A DNA stretch of 24,088 bases, from the NCBI GenBank assembly GCA_046497275.1, contig JAWOFX010000149.1, forward strand, positions 1 through 24,088, read 5' to 3'. The position numbers were made by a program, and so were the translations under genes. The stretch is from Promethearchaeia archaeon. Its GTDB lineage: Archaea; Asgardarchaeota; Lokiarchaeia; Sigyniarchaeales; SOKP01. Shown in pieces: positions 7,601 to 15,930 of the stretch (positions are counted from its first letter, which is position 1; every line of letters starts with the position of its first letter). Under the pieces are notes generated by a model. It ran no database searches, was not told where the DNA came from, and saw only the letters and a program-made list of their open reading frames with translations.

Positions 7601-8695
7601 TTACCATAAAAATGGTAAACCCCAATATGCATAATCAAATATTGCGATCAATATAACAAATCCGGCGGCAAATATAGAGACTATAAACGTCAGAGAATGT
7701 TTATTTAGAGTAATATTCCATTTTTTATCAGAAAGATTCATTTCAAACGAAAATACGTTTTCATTGGTATTGATATGACCATAAAAAATGAGGGGAGCCA
7801 AATAGCGTATATAAAATCTGGACCACCATATTATAGTCACCATTAAAATGATTGAAATAAAGAGAAGATCGATAAAATCGAATTTCTTAATTTTATAGGT
7901 AAAAATGATCAACAAGAGTAAAAAAGGTAATATTTTAATATAAATTGGTACCGCAGAAGTAATAGAATGACCACTTAGCCAACTAAAATAAAGATCTAAA
8001 TAGTTTGGTAAATATAAAATTGGGCTTATTAAGAAAATAAATATTGGAATTCCTGAGTAGAAAATAAATTTTTTCATCTCTTTCCAATTTTTTTCTTTTA
8101 TTTGTTTAAGAAATATAAAGAATATTATAGGTACAGTATACCATTTAACACATGAAGACAAAGCTGAAAAAATATAGAAAAATGATTGGTCTTTTTTATT
8201 ATAATAATAAAGCGCCAATAATAAGAATATATTAAAAAAACTATCAGTTATTCTATACCCACTTTGAATGCCTCTAAAAACGTAACTAAAATAGTAAAAA
8301 GGGTTTAATAAGAAAAACCCAAAAATAATTTGATAATTTGGAATTTTAAATTTTTTTAAAACAAGATAAAACAAATATGTTGTTATGATTTCGATTAAAA
8401 ATGAATAAAAGAAGAAAATATATAGATTATTAAAAGAGAGAAACCTCAAAATGAATAAAAAGTAAATTGAAAGGGGAGGATATGCTAATTCTGTGTCACT
8501 CCAAATCCATTCACCAGATAAAATTGAATCTACATCAAAAAAATTAAGATGAACATCTCCAAAAGAATAGATTCCTAAGGGGGAAACAAAACTTTGCCAA
8601 TTATAATATAGTAATGCGATAATTCTGGATGCAATCCCAATAAAAACCAAAATATTAAAAAAGATCTTCTTATTATTTTTCATTTCTATTTTCAA
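7601..8695 (-). CDS. Multi-pass GT-C fold glycosyltransferase (GT87/DUF2029/PIG-M-like), polyprenyl-phosphate-sugar dependent
   Basis: Many hydrophobic helices; Asp in the first loop (FGDVH), LAYPPLS, LLNPF, DSFFNIFLLLAL, KWYTVP. An alternative start is ATG at 8683. Confidence 0.7.
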   Translation of the reverse strand: MKIEMKNNKKIFFNILVFIGIASRIIALLYYNWQSFVSPLGIYSFGDVHLNFFDVDSILSGEWIWSDTELAYPPLSIYFLFILRFLSFNNLYIFFFYSFLIEIITTYLFYLVLKKFKIPNYQIIFGFFLLNPFYYFSYVFRGIQSGYRITDSFFNIFLLLALYYYNKKDQSFFYIFSALSSCVKWYTVPIIFFIFLKQIKEKNWKEMKKFIFYSGIPIFIFLISPILYLPNYLDLYFSWLSGHSITSAVPIYIKILPFLLLLIIFTYKIKKFDFIDLLFISIILMVTIIWWSRFYIRYLAPLIFYGHINTNENVFSFEMNLSDKKWNITLNKHSLTFIVSIFAAGFVILIAIFDYAYWGLPFLW

Positions 8696-8929
8696 GTGTA
8701 TTTTTAAATATTAAAAAATCAATAGAAATTAATAAAATCCGACTACTTAAAAAAGTATAATATCTAACTAAAACTTTCATAAAATCAAAAGAATTTAAAA
8801 ATTTATTTCAGATCCTAATTTTTATTAATATAACTCAAATTTGACTTTTCTATTTAAAATAACCAGATATAAATTAAAAAGTTTCTAAGGATTTATTCCT
8901 GAAAAATCTAAAAAACCATCCTCAATATC

Positions 8930-10192
8930 ATGAAAAAAGTAGAATTAATGGCTCCAGCAAAAAATTTTAAAGCCATAAAAGCGGCAGCAGATTATGCAGA
9001 TTCAGTATATTTTGGAATAGAAAAATATAATATGAGAATGCGATCTGAAAATATCAATTTAAAAGACTTATGGAAAATTGTCGCCTTCTGTAAGGAAAAA
9101 AATCTAAAGACCTATCTTACTACAAATATACTTCTGTATGATGATGAGTTGCAGGAAATGGAAAATGTTATAGAATCTGCACAAAATGCGGGAATAGATG
9201 CAGTTATTGTGCATGATTTAGCCGCCTTGGAAATCGCAAAAAGATTAAAAATTCCATTTCATATCTCAACTCAATGTAATGTTTCTAATTCTCTTTCTGC
9301 GAGATTCTATGAAAAACTGGGAGCAGAAAGAATAATCTTAGCTCGTGAATTGTCTTTGGAGAAAATAAAAGAAATTAAGAGAAACATAATCTCAGCTCAA
9401 ATAGAAGTATTTATTCATGGTGCAATGTGCACTTCTGTAAGCGGAAGATGTTATTTCTCTCAAGATATCTGTGGAACTCCAGAAAAGTCAGCGAATAGAG
9501 GGAACTGTGTCCAACCATGTCGAAGAAGATGGTGGGTTAAGGATATAGATAATAATGAATATATTTATGATGGAGTTCGTTTTATGAATTCCAGAGATCT
9601 TTGCACAATTGCGTATATCCCCGATTTAATTGAAGCTAAAATTGATGCCTTTAAAATAGAAGGGAGGATGCGGCATCCTCACTATGTAGAAATAGTAACT
9701 AAAACATATAGGGAAGCTATTGATGCATATTATGACGGAACATTCACAAAAGAGAAAGTAGGATGGTGGGTTACCGAACTTAAAAAAGTATATAATAGAG
9801 GATTTACCCCAGGATTTTATTTCAAACGTCCCACTGAGGAGGATCACCAACATAATTATCCTTATAATCTCTCTCATTATAGATATATAAAAGTGGGAGA
9901 TATTGTTGAATATAATCCCGATAGCAAAATGGCAACTATTCGTTTAGGAAATGGATATATTCAAAAAAATTCAGATATCATAATCATGGGCAAACAATCG
10001 GATACTTATATTCATCAAAAAGCTGGTCGATTGCAATATAAAGGAAAAATAGTAAATAAGACCCCTCGAGGAACCAAACAAAATAAAAAATTAGTACAAA
10101 TGAAAGTAAAAGAGGAACCAGAGACTAATGGCAATGATAAAGTCTATATCTTTACCAATAAAACCTATAGAAAGCAGAAGTATTCCTTTTAA
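8930..10192 (+). CDS. Peptidase U32 family Fe-S protein (TrhP/PrtC-like long form with C-terminal beta-barrel); probable O2-independent hydroxylase rather than a protease
   Basis: ELMAPA, DSVYFG, HISTQ, ILARELS, HGAMCTSVSGRCYFS, NRGNCVQPCRR (four conserved Cys), RDLC, FKIEGR, VYNRGF. Confidence 0.92.
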   Translation: MKKVELMAPAKNFKAIKAAADYADSVYFGIEKYNMRMRSENINLKDLWKIVAFCKEKNLKTYLTTNILLYDDELQEMENVIESAQNAGIDAVIVHDLAALEIAKRLKIPFHISTQCNVSNSLSARFYEKLGAERIILARELSLEKIKEIKRNIISAQIEVFIHGAMCTSVSGRCYFSQDICGTPEKSANRGNCVQPCRRRWWVKDIDNNEYIYDGVRFMNSRDLCTIAYIPDLIEAKIDAFKIEGRMRHPHYVEIVTKTYREAIDAYYDGTFTKEKVGWWVTELKKVYNRGFTPGFYFKRPTEEDHQHNYPYNLSHYRYIKVGDIVEYNPDSKMATIRLGNGYIQKNSDIIIMGKQSDTYIHQKAGRLQYKGKIVNKTPRGTKQNKKLVQMKVKEEPETNGNDKVYIFTNKTYRKQKYSF

Positions 10193-10250
10193 AAAATTTG
10201 AATAATCTTGAATTTAACTATTATAGGGAATCTTTTAATTTAATTTTGAA

Positions 10251-11984
10251 TCATAAGATTATTTTTACTCCTCTTTCTCTTATTTTATCAAGAATTGGTA
10301 GATTTTCAGTGATATTATTCTTTTCTATATTGAAATGTTTGAGACATGCCATATCTTCTAAGGCTCTTGGAATATTATCAAGTTTATTTGCTTTGATTAG
10401 TAAATATTCAAGATTTTTTAAAGCTCCTAAAGATTCGGGTAAGAAGGATATTTCATTATTACTTAAGTTAAAATATTCTAGGTCTTTTAAAGCACTAATC
10501 GTCTCAGGAATGTTTTCTAAATGGTTATAATATAGATATAAAAACTTAAGAGAAGTTAAGTTCCCAATTGAATTTGGAATATTCGTTAGCAGATTCTTTC
10601 CGCTATCTAAGGTCTCTAATTTTTCTAATTTCCCAATAGATTCTGGGATTTTTTTTAACCTATTAAAACCCATTATTAAATTTCGTAAATTTTCTAATTT
10701 GCCTAAGCAGTTAGGTATTTGCTCTAATTGGTTTTTAGAGATATCTAGTTCTCTTAATGATCTCAAATCACATATACTTTCAGGTAATTCTTCTAAAAGA
10801 TTACTACTCAAATCAAATATAGTTAATCTATCAAGTTGCCCTGTAGAATCTGGTAATGTGGTTAATTTATTATCATATAAATCTAATTCACTAAGAGAAC
10901 TAAGATTTCCTATTGTATCTGGTAAAAACTCTATATGATTTTGATTTAATTTTAATGATTCCAAATATTTTAAATTGCCAATCGAGGAGGGTAAACTTTT
11001 CAATTTATTATTACTAGCCCAAAAATATTTGAGTAATTTTAATTTTCCTATTGATTCTGGCAAATGTGTAATTTTATTGTTTTGTATATCAAACCTTAAT
11101 AATGATTTTAATCTCCCAATTGTTTGAGGTAATGAATTAATTTCATTATTCCCTAAACTTAAATTCTCCAATTTATCTAAAAATCCAATTGATTCGGGTA
11201 TATCTTCCAAATTATTAGAATTAACTCCTAAATATTTAAGTTTTTTTAAAGATCCTATTGAATCGGGAAGACTTTTCAATTTATTACCCTTCAGAAAACA
11301 TGATGATAAAAAATTTAAAGACCCAAATGATTTAGGAAGTTGGATTAAATTATTCTTTCTGATATTTAATCTTTTCAAAGATTTAAAAAAACCAATCGAT
11401 TCAGGTAGAGTTTTTAAATTATTATTTCCAAGATAGAGAAATTGTAAGTTCTTTAATGCACCTATAGAAGTGGGTAATTTATTAATTTCATTATCATTGA
11501 GGTTCAGGAATTTTAAATTGTTTAGATGGATTATTGATTCTGGAATTTCACTTAATTTATTTCCACTAAGATTAAAATATTCAAGAGATTTTAAATTTCC
11601 AATATTCTTTGGGATATGCATGATATAATTTGTTTCGATATTTAATTCCACCAAATTCTCAAGAAATATAATAGAATCAGGAATTGAATTTAGTCTATTT
11701 TCACTTATATCAAGCACTTTAAGAGATTTTAATGAACTAATTGTATCAGATAAAATATTAATATTATTTCCTCTCAGATGTAACTCTTCAAGATGCTCTA
11801 ATCGTTCTACCCCTTCGGGAATAGTATCCAAACCACAGGAAAATAAGCATAATCCTTTAACTTTATTATTTTTAACTTGAACTCCAATAGTATACGATTT
11901 TAATTCTCCAACTAATGGAATATTCCCTCCAATTTCAATCTCAAGATCTTTTAAAATTTCCTTTTCTTGCGTTGGGAGATCCAT
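10251..11984 (-). CDS. Stand-alone leucine-rich repeat protein, about 23 tandem 23-aa LRRs
   Basis: Strict 23-residue period LxxLxLxxNxLxxLPxSIGxLxx from about aa 42 to 577, with short N- and C-caps. No TM, signal peptide or catalytic domain is visible. Confidence 0.95.
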   Translation of the reverse strand: MDLPTQEKEILKDLEIEIGGNIPLVGELKSYTIGVQVKNNKVKGLCLFSCGLDTIPEGVERLEHLEELHLRGNNINILSDTISSLKSLKVLDISENRLNSIPDSIIFLENLVELNIETNYIMHIPKNIGNLKSLEYFNLSGNKLSEIPESIIHLNNLKFLNLNDNEINKLPTSIGALKNLQFLYLGNNNLKTLPESIGFFKSLKRLNIRKNNLIQLPKSFGSLNFLSSCFLKGNKLKSLPDSIGSLKKLKYLGVNSNNLEDIPESIGFLDKLENLSLGNNEINSLPQTIGRLKSLLRFDIQNNKITHLPESIGKLKLLKYFWASNNKLKSLPSSIGNLKYLESLKLNQNHIEFLPDTIGNLSSLSELDLYDNKLTTLPDSTGQLDRLTIFDLSSNLLEELPESICDLRSLRELDISKNQLEQIPNCLGKLENLRNLIMGFNRLKKIPESIGKLEKLETLDSGKNLLTNIPNSIGNLTSLKFLYLYYNHLENIPETISALKDLEYFNLSNNEISFLPESLGALKNLEYLLIKANKLDNIPRALEDMACLKHFNIEKNNITENLPILDKIRERGVKIIL

Positions 11985-12244
11985 TCTTTAATTCCAATAT
12001 TTGTAATTTTTTTAATAATCCGAAGAAATCTTTTCCTATATTTAAAACAATAATAATATTTGATATTTATATGTTTTTTAGTTATGATTTTAAAGTCACT
12101 CTTTTCTCTTTTTTTCAAGTTTATATATTATTTTGACATAAATCTTCTTAAAGAATTTAAAATTAAAACTAATTAATTTTATAGATTTAATTTCTACTCG
12201 ATTTTTCAAAAAATTTAAATTTTTTAAAATAAAGGCTTAAAAAT

Positions 12245-12649
12245 ATGAAAGAAAACGAAAAACAAAATCTTTATGAAACATTTAATGCTGTAATTGAAAG
12301 TATTATTGAGGAGAAGAGAACCATCGATAAATATGAGGATTTATTGGATGGATTTGATGGAAGAGTGAATATGGGGCTTCAAATGGAAGATGATTATTAC
12401 TTATGGTTAAATTTGGTGGGGAAGGATGGAGAAATTAGCTTATCACGTGGTAGATTAGATGATTATGATTTGGAAATAATGGCAGCTCCAGAGGATTTGA
12501 TGTATTTCTCAAACGGAGAAAATTCTCTATTTCATATGCTCCTTAAGAAAAATCAGTTTGGAGAGAGAAAACTCAGATTTTCAAAAGGAACAACAGGTCA
12601 CAATTTTGGACTTCTATTGAAATTACCAAAAATATTGGTTTTAGATTAA
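12245..12649 (+). CDS. Divergent SCP2 (sterol carrier protein 2)-like lipid-binding protein
   Basis: Pattern LLDGFDGRVNMGL...WLNLVGKDGEISLSRG...YDLEIMAAPEDLMYFSNGE...KLRFSKG...LLLKL resembles the SCP2 fold, with short insertions. Confidence 0.6.
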   Translation: MKENEKQNLYETFNAVIESIIEEKRTIDKYEDLLDGFDGRVNMGLQMEDDYYLWLNLVGKDGEISLSRGRLDDYDLEIMAAPEDLMYFSNGENSLFHMLLKKNQFGERKLRFSKGTTGHNFGLLLKLPKILVLD

Positions 12650-12741
12650 AAAATATTGTTTTCTTTTCTTATTTTATTTTAATGTGGGAAGTGGTTGATT
12701 AGTTTAAAAATTGTTAATTTAAAATAAGTAGATAGAGAGAT

Positions 12742-13872
12742 TTATTGTTTTAATTTGTTTAATCTTAAATCAGAAATTACATCCGTAAGTTTTTCCAACA
12801 TATCTTCTAAATCCTTTAGCGTAATTTCTCCCATGTGCCCGATTCTGAATGTTTTATTAGCAAGTGAACCATATCCATTTACAATTCTATAGCCTTTTGA
12901 TAACATCTTCTCAACCATTTTAGAATAATCAAGGTTTAGAGTATTTTTCATGGTAGATACCGTGTTGGATTCATATCCCGTTTCAGAAAACATTTCTAAA
13001 TTCATGTCTCGTGCCCAAATTCTTGTTCTCTTTCCTAATTGGGTATGACGTCTAAATCGCTCTTCTAGGTTCTCTTGATTTAAAATATAATCTAATTGTG
13101 CAACTAATGCTCTTATATGTGGTATTGGAGGAGTAGTGGGAGTTTGATTAGATTTATTTTTTTTAAGAAAATATTGAAAATCAAAATAAAACCCTCTATT
13201 TTGAACGTTTTCTGCTTTATTGAATGCATCTTTTGATATAGAAGCCACTGCTAATCCAGGGGGAAGTGCTAAACATTTCTGCACTGATGCTAAACACACA
13301 TCAATTCCTAATTTGTCTACCCCAATTTTCACTCCTGCCATGGAGGAGGTTGCATCTATACAAACCAATGCGCCATAATCTTTAATAATTGGAACTATTT
13401 CTTCCACAGGATTATAAACGCCTGTAGAAGTTTCATTAGATTGAAGGAACACCACACTATATTTATCCTCTGATAAAAAATCTTTTACGAGTTCTGGTTT
13501 AAGGGCTTTACCCCATTCAACCCCCCTTTTTATCGCCTTTTTTCCATTCATCTCTCCTATACTATGCCATCTATCCCCAAAAGCTCCGATAGATAAAAAT
13601 AGTCCTTTTTCATCGTTTTTTAATAGGTTTCTCACACAAGCTTCCATAATTCCGCTTGCACTTGATGTGAAAATAATACACTCATTATCAGTAAATAAAA
13701 GTTTTTGAAGGTCTTGTTTTACCTTATTATGCATCTCTTCATAAGGTTTGGAACGGTGAGTATCATTTGGTTTGGCTAGTTCGTTTAAAATACGCTCTGG
13801 AACGTACACCGGTCCAGGAGTAAATAATTTTAATTGTGAGCCTTCTTCCTCATTAAAATGAATATCAACCAT
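12742..13872 (-). CDS. Class V PLP-dependent aminotransferase (alanine-glyoxylate/serine-pyruvate/archaeal phosphoserine aminotransferase family)
   Basis: LFTPGPV, NETSTGVYNP, IDATSS, SVQKCLALPPG (PLP Lys), PTTP, FRIGHMG. Confidence 0.93.
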   Translation of the reverse strand: MVDIHFNEEEGSQLKLFTPGPVYVPERILNELAKPNDTHRSKPYEEMHNKVKQDLQKLLFTDNECIIFTSSASGIMEACVRNLLKNDEKGLFLSIGAFGDRWHSIGEMNGKKAIKRGVEWGKALKPELVKDFLSEDKYSVVFLQSNETSTGVYNPVEEIVPIIKDYGALVCIDATSSMAGVKIGVDKLGIDVCLASVQKCLALPPGLAVASISKDAFNKAENVQNRGFYFDFQYFLKKNKSNQTPTTPPIPHIRALVAQLDYILNQENLEERFRRHTQLGKRTRIWARDMNLEMFSETGYESNTVSTMKNTLNLDYSKMVEKMLSKGYRIVNGYGSLANKTFRIGHMGEITLKDLEDMLEKLTDVISDLRLNKLKQ

Positions 13873-13967
13873 ATTATCTCAAATAAGAAAAATATACAAT
13901 AAATATAATTTTTTCTAAACTAAAGATTTATCAAATTGAAACATTCGTTTTATTAAATTTTAGGTTT

Positions 13968-14612
13968 TCAACGATATTTTTCTTTGATTCGATTATCTTG
14001 AAAAGTGTAATAATAAGTTCGTTGGTCGATCTCATTATTTTTCTTATCTAATTGAAAAAGAGTTGTCTTAATATTATTAATAGAAGGTGAAATTGTTATG
14101 GTTATAAAAGAAGGAATTCCACTGGCGATAAAAGACCATGCTCCCGTAACGCTGCCTGGATTTAGGAGTAAGATTCCATTCTTCGTGAGAAAGATTTCTT
14201 CTTGATGGGTATGACCAGAGATTAAAATATTAAAATTTTTATTTTCTGCCAGTTTTTCAAGCTGGTGATGATTTCCTCGTTCTTGGATTTGATCTCCGTG
14301 CGTTAACCCTATATTTAACATATTATGAGGACGGTTTTCCATCTGAATAACCAAATCTTGATAAATGGGGGCATCTCTATTACCCGCATAATAATCCATG
14401 TTTCCCATCACAATAAACACATCATTTTTTGTCTTAGATTTAAGAAAATCAAGAAAATCATGATAATCTATTAAATCTCCTGTAAAAAAAGTATAGTCAA
14501 ATAGATTTGGAGAAGTTAACTGAGATATCTTATCTAAAATTTCTTCTGGAATAGTTTTTGCTCTTCTTGGTATATGAAGATCCCCTATAGCAAGCAAAAA
14601 ATATTTGGTCAT
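13968..14612 (-). CDS. Vps29-like / YfcE-MJ0936 family calcineurin-like metallophosphoesterase
   Basis: GDLHIPRR, TGDL, VMGNMD, IGLTHG, ILISGHTH, NPGSVTGA, IPSF. It lies 24 nt downstream of tyrS on the same strand. Confidence 0.88.
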   Translation of the reverse strand: MTKYFLLAIGDLHIPRRAKTIPEEILDKISQLTSPNLFDYTFFTGDLIDYHDFLDFLKSKTKNDVFIVMGNMDYYAGNRDAPIYQDLVIQMENRPHNMLNIGLTHGDQIQERGNHHQLEKLAENKNFNILISGHTHQEEIFLTKNGILLLNPGSVTGAWSFIASGIPSFITITISPSINNIKTTLFQLDKKNNEIDQRTYYYTFQDNRIKEKYR

Positions 14613-14636
14613 AATTAAATTACCTTTTCAAATAAC

Positions 14637-15737
14637 CTAAGAATGGTATTTTTTATATTCTTTTTGAACAAATTCATATAATTTTTTAGCTTTTTCATTT
14701 GTTTCGAAGTGTTTTCTAACAGGTTCAAGGAATTGATCAATATATTGGGCTACTGCAGGCTTTAAATCTGGTGGATTTAATTCTCCTTGTACATAGCCAT
14801 GTTCTAACTCTTGGTAAGATTCAAATTCCACATCTCCTCCATACTTTTCGGGTCTTTCAATATAAAATGTATCAACCAATTCAAAGATAATATATTTACA
14901 GTACTCAAGTATTGGATTATCTAAGGCTTGTTCTGGTGGGCAATAGGCTTTGTTTATTTTTCTCTGAATATCCTTAGAACTGTCCAGCATAAAAATCGCT
15001 GAATCCGGATTGGATTTTGACATTTTTAGTTGAATTACGCGTTCTACACCCTCAGCATCACTATCTGGAGGGTGTAATAATCCCATGAGCATATGATGAT
15101 GGATGGCTATAGGTTTTGGTCTATTTAAGTCTGGTGCTACCTCACGTGCAAGCATATTAACCCTTCTCTGATCCAATCCCAGTTGACATATATCTGCATT
15201 TAAATAAAAAATATCAGCCGCTTGCATTAACGGATATAAGATTTGAGAAGCGGATAAGGCTTCACTTTCATTCCTGCCCATAATCTGAGTACATCTAATC
15301 ACTCTATTTAAAGTGTTTTTTATAGCGATTTTCAAGACTAATTCCCAATATTCAGAATTTTTGACTAATTCAGAAGCATACACAAATTCCACTTGACTCA
15401 GATCCATATCGCATACTTTCCAAACTTCAATAAAAAAGTCCCCTACTTTTTTGATTACATCAAGATCGCCTCCAAATTTCTGATTTGCTGCTGCATGCCA
15501 GTCTGCTACTAGAAACTTAAATTTAACCCCTGCTTTGGTGAGTTTATTTACATTTATAGCCCTTAATAACCCTTGCGCGATGTGGATGTTTCCAGAAGGC
15601 TCAAATCCATCATATGCGATAATTTCTTTATTATGCTCTTCCTTCCATTTTAACATTTCTTTCAAATCATCTAATTCAATAATTTCTTCGCCAACTTGCT
15701 TAAGCAAATCCAATTTTTCATCTATTGTTAAAGACAT
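14637..15737 (-). CDS. tyrS: Tyrosine--tRNA ligase, archaeal/eukaryotic type
   Basis: YDGFEPSGNIHIAQG (HIGH-like), ADWHA, YPLMQAADI, GLDQRRVNMLARE, KMSKS. Confidence 0.97.
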   Translation of the reverse strand: MSLTIDEKLDLLKQVGEEIIELDDLKEMLKWKEEHNKEIIAYDGFEPSGNIHIAQGLLRAINVNKLTKAGVKFKFLVADWHAAANQKFGGDLDVIKKVGDFFIEVWKVCDMDLSQVEFVYASELVKNSEYWELVLKIAIKNTLNRVIRCTQIMGRNESEALSASQILYPLMQAADIFYLNADICQLGLDQRRVNMLAREVAPDLNRPKPIAIHHHMLMGLLHPPDSDAEGVERVIQLKMSKSNPDSAIFMLDSSKDIQRKINKAYCPPEQALDNPILEYCKYIIFELVDTFYIERPEKYGGDVEFESYQELEHGYVQGELNPPDLKPAVAQYIDQFLEPVRKHFETNEKAKKLYEFVQKEYKKYHS

Positions 15738-15854
15738 GGTATTATATCTCCGAACTAATATAATCTATTTAATATTTAAATTGATAAAATGTTTATGTTT
15801 CCTTTAATATCTTGCTTAAAGTTTAAAAAACGATTTAATGGAGGATTCCACTAC

Positions 15855-15886
15855 AAAAAAATTTAATTTTGATTCGGTTTCAAAAT
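15855..15886 (-). terminator. Possible ppdK terminator (7-bp stem followed by T7 on the minus strand)
   Basis: attttga-ttcggtt-tcaaaat at 15866-15886, with A7 at 15855-15861 on the + strand. The stem is AT-rich and weak. Confidence 0.3.
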
Positions 15887-15930
15887 AAAAATTATAATTA
15901 ATATACTGAAAGGTGAAAATTATTTTATTC

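Noticed and set aside
10251-11984. 69-nt periodicity in the LRR gene considered as CRISPR-like or a DNA repeat array
   Set aside because: Repeats are degenerate at DNA level and explained by protein LRRs; there are no identical direct repeats with unique spacers and no cas genes.
9626-12136. ORFs 9626-9877 (-), 10198-10530, 10699-10938 and 11915-12136 (+)
   Set aside because: Antisense shadows of the U32 and LRR genes, or AT-rich spacer.
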